A stretch of 64,000 bases of DNA, from NCBI RefSeq assembly GCF_009914755.1, contig NC_060928.1. One strand, given 5' to 3'. A program made the translations under genes and the position numbers. This DNA comes from the human T2T-CHM13v2.0 reference genome, Homo sapiens. Under the pieces are notes generated by a model, which was not told the origin of the DNA, did no database searches, and worked only from the letters and a program-made list of their open reading frames with translations. Below are positions 55,171 through 64,000 of the stretch, piece by piece; position 1 is the first letter of the stretch; every line of letters begins with the position of its first letter.

Positions 55171-56964
55171 ATAACCAATTTTAAGTTCATTCACATTTAT
55201 TCAATCAGGAAGCATCTTAGGCTTAGCTCTAGGGATTGAGCAAGAAGGTCAGACATTTTGGTTATTCTAATGAAGTGGAAGACAAGTGTCAGGTAACACT
55301 TAATAGAGACCAGAATAAAGTTTAATAAAATGAGGAAAACTACAAGTCTTAAGTAGTTGTATTCTTCACCATGATATTTTTCATGTATATTGAAACTAAC
55401 TATATGGGATTAAAATTCCGTTTCTTACTCTGAACTTTAAATTATTAAACAGCCATTAAGAAAACTACATACTTATGTTTTAGTTTTATCCTTTTTACAT
55501 TTTGTTTATATCACCATACATATTCATTTGGAAGGTGGTAGAATAATAATAAAGTAATAAACACAGTGAAGAAGCAAAACAAATTATTTCATTAATCATT
55601 TTTAATTAAAAATTTTAAAAAATTAAAATGATTTAAGTATTCTGAATTTGGTTCATATTGGAAATTACAGAAAGAGTCTATTAAATAAGCATAATCATTT
55701 TCTTGAGTTAATATTCATCTTCTATTTTCTTCAAATTTGACCAATATGATATAGCTCTTGCTTTTGGTTGCATGATAGTGACAAGGAAGCTACTTCACAG
55801 TTGAGTCTTTTATGAAGGTAGCTTTCTAAAAATCTATCTGTTATGCTTCTTGGCTGGGGAAACAAAAGTTCTAAGAGATAAGGGGGGGAAATCATTGCTA
55901 GAAATAGCAAACATAGTTTTCCCTCTTTTACAGATTTCTTTTTCAGCAGTGAATTAGAAGTGGCGGGCTTTGGAGAGATTTGTTCTTAGTAAGTTAATAT
56001 TTGACTTGCCAAGCCATTTGGGAACACGGAATTGCCATGATATCTTCTGGGCATCTCCCCGGTTTTGGCAACTAGGAAACATTCAAGGCTGTGACTTCAT
56101 GAAGAGAAGTTTGTCTGTGTGATATTATCCTGACTGCTATGCAACATTTTGGTGAATGTTTTCTTTGTAGACACAAATCCAGTGTGAAAACCCTTTTTTT
56201 ATGAAAAAGGTTTATGGCACTTTCATAGTAGCAGGGCTTGTCTTGTTGATTTAGATCAAAATCATTTCCTCCCAACATCATAACCATTTTACTGTTCAGT
56301 GGTGCAGAAGGCATTATAAAGAGTTAGTGAATTGTTTTGGATCCTTCAGAATTGGATGAGGGACTGAAAAGAAGAAAATATCACCAACAGAGATGATACT
56401 CTGGATAACTTCTTCTTAAGGAAAAAAAAATATTTTCACACTGAGAATTTAAGTGTTATAATGATTTGAGCCTTTCAATAAACATCTAATACAAAACCAA
56501 ATGTTTACAGTTCCACTTAGTCTTTCTTCATGCCTATGCCACTTTAAAGTCTTACTGTTTTCTCTCTCAGCTTTTAGGAATGGGAAACAGGACTTCTGTT
56601 AATGTCTAATGAATATTTATGAAGTCCTTTGACAATTAAGGGCTCATTAGAATTCACTTTTAAAGAAAGATAAAAACACTTTTAAGACCAAAGCAGAATG
56701 TGGTGGCATAGAAACTTGCATCTCTCTTTCCTTGTTGTGAATTGTCGAGATAAACACTCTACAAATGAACAAAGTGTCTCTTAAAAGTGATTCTAGGTAG
56801 GAGTTTGAGTAATATAGACATACTTGATTATTATATGATGACTTTAATTTTGCATTGACTTTTGCCTTGGTAAGTGTTTTTTTTTTACTGAAGATACTTG
56901 GAAATCCTGTTTTTTTACTGAAGATACTTGGAAATCCAAAAGTGGCTTTGGAGTCACTTTTTGT

Positions 56965-57130
56965 ATTTAAATCTCAGTTTCAGCTCTTTCTTAGCTCTGT
57001 GACTTTGAGCAAGTTCTTAGTGCCTCAGTTTCTGTATTGCAATATGAAAAATACAATACTACTCTTTCCACAGCTTCTTGGAACAAGCAACTTAGTTAAT
57101 ACATGAAAAATACTTAGAATAGTGCCTGGA
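56965..57130 (+). mobile_element. MIR
   Basis: ctctgtgactttgagcaagt...gcctcagtttc...cttagaatagtgcctgg. Confidence 0.7.
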
Positions 57131-58369
57131 ACGCTGGTTTTGTTTGCCTTGAGAAATCTTTCCTTTCAGTTCACATGCTTTGGCCCTACTAGAGGCGCTT
57201 GGAAAGGCCTTTGTTTTCTCCTTACTCGGGGTGGAGGGGTGCACAGGAATAGTTAACGAATCCTCACTCCCGATGGGTGGCATTTTTAGTTTTCTTCTTC
57301 ATTTTCATTTTTCGTCATTGTTTTTTTCCTGAAGACCCCAAGGCCCTGTCCTACCACTTCCAGCTACCTTGGACTGCAGCTGTTCTCTTGGTTCTAATAT
57401 GATACAAATAATATAAGGATGCCTAAATATATATTCAGTCACTTTCAAAAGCACAGTCTTTTATGAATGAAAAATTGCTAAAGTAAACAAAGTACTGTGA
57501 AGCTAGAGTAGTTATGCTGTTTTTGCTGCTACTCTAGGTAAATTACTGTTATTTAGTAATGGAAATTAAAAAAAAACCTGGACCTGAGTTTGGTAATGGA
57601 AATTTAAAAATACCTGGACCTGAAATCAGATAGAAAAGTCAGAAAAGTTACATGCCTGCTCATGATTATTTTAAATATGAAATAGAGGTATGTTTTGGGA
57701 TGAGCAAAGAAGTAAAGCATCCATCTGCATATTTCTTTTTTTCATGAGGCTTAACATTTGCAGAAGTAGGCACTGACCTGGAAACCAAAAATTTGTAGTC
57801 TTGTTGATAAATGTATTCCTCTAAAGAACATCCCACTTACTCTTAAGTAATTTACCATCCTGCTTTACACACTGTAGGTCTTAAGATTAAATGTGTCTTT
57901 CTAAAGTGCTGATAGCTGTTATTTAACTCAAACCTTATCTTTAAGACAAGCCTCATAAATTTAATAATAATTAGGCATAGTTTCCACTGGAATTTTTACT
58001 GTTTTCACCATCTGTTCTTCTCAGAGTCTGTATAAAAGGTATTGGATCTGTTTCACAGTAACTTAGTAAATATTCACTTCTAATAATTATTTTCTATTGG
58101 AAAGTGACTGCTATACTTATGATTTTTAGGCAGTTAATAGTGAATCTATTGTTGGTCTGTTTTTTAGATGCATGATAGCGGTACTTTATTTTCACATGTT
58201 GTATGTAGACGATATATTAATAGTATTAGTAGTATGATGCTAATGAAAGAATATAATCCTGTATCATTTAATAGCCATTGTGTACTTGAGTGTTTATGCC
58301 CAGTTTTGATTGTTGTTTAATTTGCCTTTATAATTCTTACCCATATAGTCCTCAGTTTGGAGTAGAAAG

Positions 58370-58622
58370 ACTTTGTAGAACACAGTCAATTATTTCCATG
58401 TTTCCAAGTAGGCACTCAGATACAGTGGTACTAGTTGGCCTGCCTTTTGGTTTATATTACCGTAAGGCTTCTGTCTCTCATATTTTTTGAGAGAATTTTC
58501 ATATTCTGTCTCTCATACTTTATAGAACACAGTCAGTTATTTCCATGTTTCCAAGTAGGCACTCAGATACAGTGGTACTAGTTGGCCTGCCTTTTGGTTT
58601 ATATTACTGTAAGGCTTCTGTC
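58370..58622. repeat. 106-bp direct duplication with a 41-nt spacer
   Basis: Copies 58370-58475 and 58517-58622 differ at 3 positions. Confidence 0.95.
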
Positions 58623-59279
58623 CATAGCTTTCTTTCCCCTTCCATCCAGCCACTCTCACAAGCCTGATGTCCATTCTTTTTTTTTCTAGTTGGGCTGAAG
58701 GATCAGACTTGTTAATTTGTCTAGTGCAAAGAGAGAAAGAAGAGAAGACCCAGGCATTGAACTATGAATATCCTGTAACTATAAAACAAGGCATATTTTT
58801 GTGTAAATACTAAAATGTACAGAAGACATTCAAAAATAGTTTCTAAATTGTATGCAGAAATGGAAGTGTTCAGTGAATAGGCTTATTTCTTCCCAAGAGT
58901 CCTAACTTGACTTACAACCCTCATTTCACTGTATGTGTAGTAAAATTTTAGGATGAACTGATGCTTTGATGGGAGGGATGAGCTTAATTTGTACTCTGCA
59001 GGAATCCATTCCAACTTTATTAGTATTATACTTGAGATTGGTCTTATGCTATAGTTAGCTTGTCTTTTTTAGTTCATTATAATAATGTATGTATTTGCTA
59101 ATGTAAAACTACTATGAAAAGTTATAATCTAGTCTTTAAAAATACTTTATACTTAGAAATTTAAATGTCTTTCTTCAAAAATTTGCAAGACTGAAAATCA
59201 GAGTTGGATGCATATGTGAGCCAGTTAACATCAAACAATGAAGTTTTTGAAGATTGTAGCTAATAGTAGTATATAAATT

Positions 59280-59420
59280 GCTCACACTTATATGAGGCAA
59301 ACTGTTCTAGGTACTAAAAGCATTTTACATATATAAGTATTATTATCATCTTCATTTTACAGATGAGGAAATGAAAGTTCATGGAGGTTAAGTAAATTGT
59401 CTGAGGTCACACAGCTAATT
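59280..59420 (-). mobile_element. MIR
   Basis: cattttacagatgaggaaatgaaagttcatggaggttaagtaa...ggtcacacagcta. Confidence 0.75.
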
Positions 59421-61187
59421 ATCCAAGTAATCAGTGGAGTGACTCATATGTAAATAAATTATGCTACTTGGAATAAGAGGGAGGTAGTTGGTAGGCCAGA
59501 ACATGTGTGTGCAACTAAGGTAGAGTAAAATATATAACACAGTAAAGTTCTGTGGAAACGTTAAAAAAGAAACACAATCAGAATTATAAGCAAAAACATG
59601 GGAATACAAAAACATGGTACATCTAATTAGAATAAGGTATGGATAGGGAGCAGACTATAGTAGAAGATGAAGCTGGAATGGAAGATTGAATCAGTTCATG
59701 AAGAACATTGAATGCCTTCCTAAGAACCTTAGAACTGTTAGAGATTTTTATTTGCTTTACTTTATTCGCTTTACAAGCATATGCACGTGTGTTGTCTTTA
59801 GAAGGCAGCAGTGCAAACACTAGATGATAGAAATGGGAAGGAGATCAGAGAGTATTACAGTAACATTGGTTAGGGACAGGTATAACGGTAGGAGAAAGGA
59901 AAGACTCCAGCCAATAGCTTGTATTTTGTAGTAATGGAACACGGAAGACATAGGAAAACCTATCCTTCCTACTGGGAAAAAGAGAAATCAAATGTACATA
60001 CACCGGCTGATGGTGATGTAGTATTATTACTATTATGGAGTGATTTGGTAAAACAGTAATGTGCAGTAGTGAGCATCTTAGCTCCACCTTAAGACCCTAT
60101 ATTATATAGGCCTCAGTCATTTAGACAAACGGGAATACTTGTGTCTATTTTGCCAGGCTCCGTTAAGAGTTATATGAAAACATGTGAAAGCTGTTAGAAC
60201 AGTTTTCACCTGATGTAGGCACTCAGTAGTTTTCCTTCATTCATTGATGGATTATTTCATGAATTATTATTTGTTTGTTTGAGGCATACCAAGCACAAAG
60301 CGCACAAGCACTTTGCTAATGGTTTGTTGATAAGCCACTTTCTACGTAGAATTTTTAGATTGTCTTCATAAATTTTAAAGTGAATGTGATATTTCCTATG
60401 TATGCTCTTCCTATTAAAAGATGGTAAATTAGAATTTAGTAAAGTTATTTAACTGGCTTTTCGTGATTATATATCATGGAAGAACTGAGGTAAATTATTA
60501 AATGTATGCCAGTTTTAAAACCTAGTTAACACTCCATGAAGATGTTATAGAATGTGTGTGTCTGAATCTGTTTAACATACACATATATATTCATGTATCT
60601 TGCAAAATACAAGATGTAATGCAAATATAGAATATTGTTTAAAATATAGCTAATATCATCTAGCTTTGGGAATAGCTTATAAAGTGAATTGAATATGGCA
60701 CACAGAGCATACCATTTTAAAATGCATCTATGTAGCACTTGGAAAGCCAAGCTGATATTATGTACTAAGCAGCTGTAAATATGAGTCAGTAACATGAGTA
60801 TGCTTCACATAGTGTGTACTGTTCTCCACGTTGGTTCTTTATGCAGTGATACAGATACTTAGCAGTACCAGCAGGAACCATGACTATGGAATTTCCACAT
60901 TATTGTCTTCTAAGTAGTGAAATGATGCAACAAAGTAGAAAGTAACTTCAATTAGCTAAAATTTTAAAATATGAATTAGTACCAGTAGGTATTACCAGTG
61001 ATAAATACTTGGAGGTCATCTATCACACTCTAGGAAGTAGTCTTGTGTGTGCATATTTTTAACTGGTATATATTTTTAAATTGGTTCTAAATTCTGGTAG
61101 TGGCTTTATCTATATGCAGTTGCAGTGAAACTTACTTTCTTTTTATTGACAAGTTTTAAGTCATGGATTTCTGATAAATGAATAGAA

Positions 61188-61372
61188 CTAACATTTATTG
61201 GTCATTTACTGTATCTCAGGCACTGGGCTCTGTACTAAGTGCGTTATATCATACTTCCTTTAATTTTAACAACAGCCATGTGAGAAGTAAATATTATTAC
61301 CCCTGTTTTCAAGATGAAGAAGTTGAAGTCTAGAGAAACTAATGAATTTAGTCAAAGCCATACAGCTAATTA
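61188..61372 (-). mobile_element. MIR
   Basis: acatttattggtcatttactgtatctcaggcactg...aacaacagccatgtgag...agatgaagaagttgaag. Confidence 0.7.
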
Positions 61373-61499
61373 GTCTAGCCCATGCACTTTCTTCTGTAAT
61401 GTGCTGCCAAGGTTACATTGGTACTAGAAACTGTGTTCAGAACCCTCTCACGTGCATGTTCCCATGTTTCACTCCTTATTTATCTAAAACATAATTTAA

Positions 61500-61836
<337 letters not shown>

Positions 61837-63002
61837 AAAATCTCTATTTCTTGAGTTTGAAAATTGTATGTCAGAAGGAAGGGGAAATGTTAGAAAAACC
61901 CAGCTGTATTTTCCCCTTTCATTTTCAATTTTAGAAAGCAGAGATTTTACCAAATGGCAATCGCAATAGAAAATACACACAATTGAGATAGGACAGAATC
62001 ATAAATGTATGTGAGGTAACGGTGTTTGTTCCTTTTGTCTTAATAGGTGATCCATGAGGCCTTCACAATAGGGAAGTTGTTCTACGTACCTCAAGAAAAC
62101 TTTATCACATGCGTGCCAGGTGCCTGACATGATTCTAGATGCTGAGGATGTAGCAGTTAGCCAAAGGGATATAACTCTTGCTCTCATGCAGTTTATATTC
62201 TAATTTGGATATTCTAAATATTTCATGTAGAATGTGAAATAATACCACAATTAAGATATCACATAAGAAAGATACTTTCAGAGCTTCTCTATTTAATAAT
62301 TTCATGTAGGAAAAGAAGGTCTCCTTAGTATATCTTATCTTTCAGACCTTTATATGTAATAACATGATTTTTCCTAATTTAGAATTAACAGTTTTCTCTA
62401 GCATGTAAGAAAAACTGACTTGTGTTTGGAAATCAAGACCTAAGTTCAAATCAAGACATAAACACACATAAAGTTAGGGAAAAGTTTGTCTCTCTATATA
62501 TACAATCAGTTCTTCAGTGTTCAGGTGTGAAATGAAAAAAAAAAACATGCAGAAGAAACAAAATTCTGCCTGTGATAACTTACAACCCAAAACAAAAGCT
62601 ATCAAATAGGCAAACAAAAGCAAAAATCAACCAAGACTGATTCGTTCCACATTTGAGAAACTTTTTCTTTTTTAAATTACTTTTCTGAGAATGTGAACTT
62701 TCTGTATATGCTTGTTTACTCTCATATTAATGATTCATTTCTTCTTTTCCCAAATATTTGCCAGTACTTCATAACTGGCTGAATCTAAGAGGTGCTAGGT
62801 TAAAAAATGAAGACTCAGGAGCTTAATTGTGCCATTTACAAATAAAAGCATTTAAAGTACAAATGAAAAGCTCTGTTTAGATCTCAAGAGGTTCAAAAAT
62901 TACGTTTTCTTAATTCTTTTCTTTTTAAAACAAATCATCTCTTATACTCACTCCGTTCTCTTCCATCACAGTAAAAATGCCTTAGCTTATCTTAAAATAT
63001 TT

Positions 63003-63323
63003 TATGTATGTATGTATGTATGTACATATGTACGTATGTATGTATATAAAGTCTTGCTCTGTCGCCCAGGATGGAGTGCAGTGGTACGATCTCGGCTCAC
63101 TGCAACCTCCACCTCCTGGGTTCAAGTGATTTACCTCCCTCAACCTCCTGAGTAGCAGGGATTACAGGTGTCCACAACCATGTCGGCTAATTTTTGTATT
63201 TTTAGTGGAGATGGAGTTTCACCATGTTAGCCAGGCTGGTCTCAAACTCCTGACCTTAAGTGATCCACTCACCTTGGCCTCCTAAAGTGCTGGGATTACA
63301 GGCGTGAGCCACCACACCTGGCC
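63003..63323 (-). mobile_element. AluSx/Sz-like with a (TATG)n tail
   Basis: cactgcaacctcc and ctgaccttaagtgatcc. TSD taaaatattt. Confidence 0.85.
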
Positions 63324-63721
63324 TAAAATATTTACAAATTTTATATCTCTAATGCTAATGACTGGTTATTGGTCATCTATTGTGTCAGTTTTCAAAGTAT
63401 GATTTGCCAACATAGTAATATTAACATGTTTTACTGACATTTGCACTGATAATAAACACCCGAGCTTTAGCACAAATCGAAGCAGGAACCAAACTATATG
63501 TGTATTCTTCACTCCAGTGTGCTCACAGTGAAAACAACCAACCAAACCAACCAACCAAAGAAATAAAAGGAAGCTTCATTTAAGAATATCCTTAATGAAG
63601 CAATAAAATGATTAATTTTATTAAATCTCAACCTCTCTGTAAATGTCTTTTTAATATTCTGTGTGACAAAATGTAAAGTGTGTATAATAAAATTTTTCAG
63701 CAACTGAGAATCAATGGTTAT

Positions 63722-64000
63722 TGATATGGTTTGGCTATGTCTCCACCCAAATCTCATCTTGAAATGTACTTCCCATAATCCCCACATATGTCATGAGAGG
63801 GACCCAGTAGGAGGTAATTGAATAATGGGTGTGGTGATGTTCATGCTGTTCTTGTGATAGTGAGTTCTCATGAGATCTGATGAGTTTATAAGGGGCTTTT
63901 CTGTCTTTTGCTTGGCACTTCTCCTTGCTGCCACCATGTGAAGAAAGATGTGTTTGCTTCCCTTTCCACCTTGATTGTAAGTTTTCTGAGGCCTCCTCAG
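63722..64000 (+). mobile_element. THE1D-like MaLR LTR (runs off the window)
   Basis: tgatatggtttggctatgtctccacccaaatctcatcttgaa...cccataatccccac...gagggaccc. Confidence 0.85.

Noticed and set aside
54571-58622. 30-37-bp direct repeats as a CRISPR-like array
   Set aside because: Each is a different two-copy duplication with no common repeat or spacers, in primate DNA.

Overview
AT-rich human/hominid genomic DNA; a near-consensus AluYb8 points to human. The window appears to lie inside the large 5' intronic region of BMPR1B (+ strand). The only host coding sequence I can support is a 73-nt first coding exon at 34467-34539 (MGWLEELNWQLHIFLLILLSMHTR + phase-1 G, then GTAAGA). I recognise it from memory as the N-terminus of the long BMPR1B isoform. 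Most of the rest is repeats: Alu (J, Sc, Sp, Sx, Y, Yb8, FAM/FRAM/FLAM), L1 (a 5'-inverted L1PA3-like copy and a nested L1PB-in-L1MA), MaLR/ERVL solo LTRs, hAT/Tigger fossils, MIR/L2, microsatellites and a 35-nt U2 snRNA retrocopy. Nearly all ORFs in the track are repeat-derived or chance. I found no supportable new multi-gene system. The best leads are the signal-peptide-like alternative BMPR1B exon, an unexplained 58-bp-arm hairpin at 40366-40510, a young AluYb8 facing an inverted AluY, and several templated-insertion or duplication scars. Subfamily names come from remembered consensus sequences, not alignments, and many boundaries are approximate.
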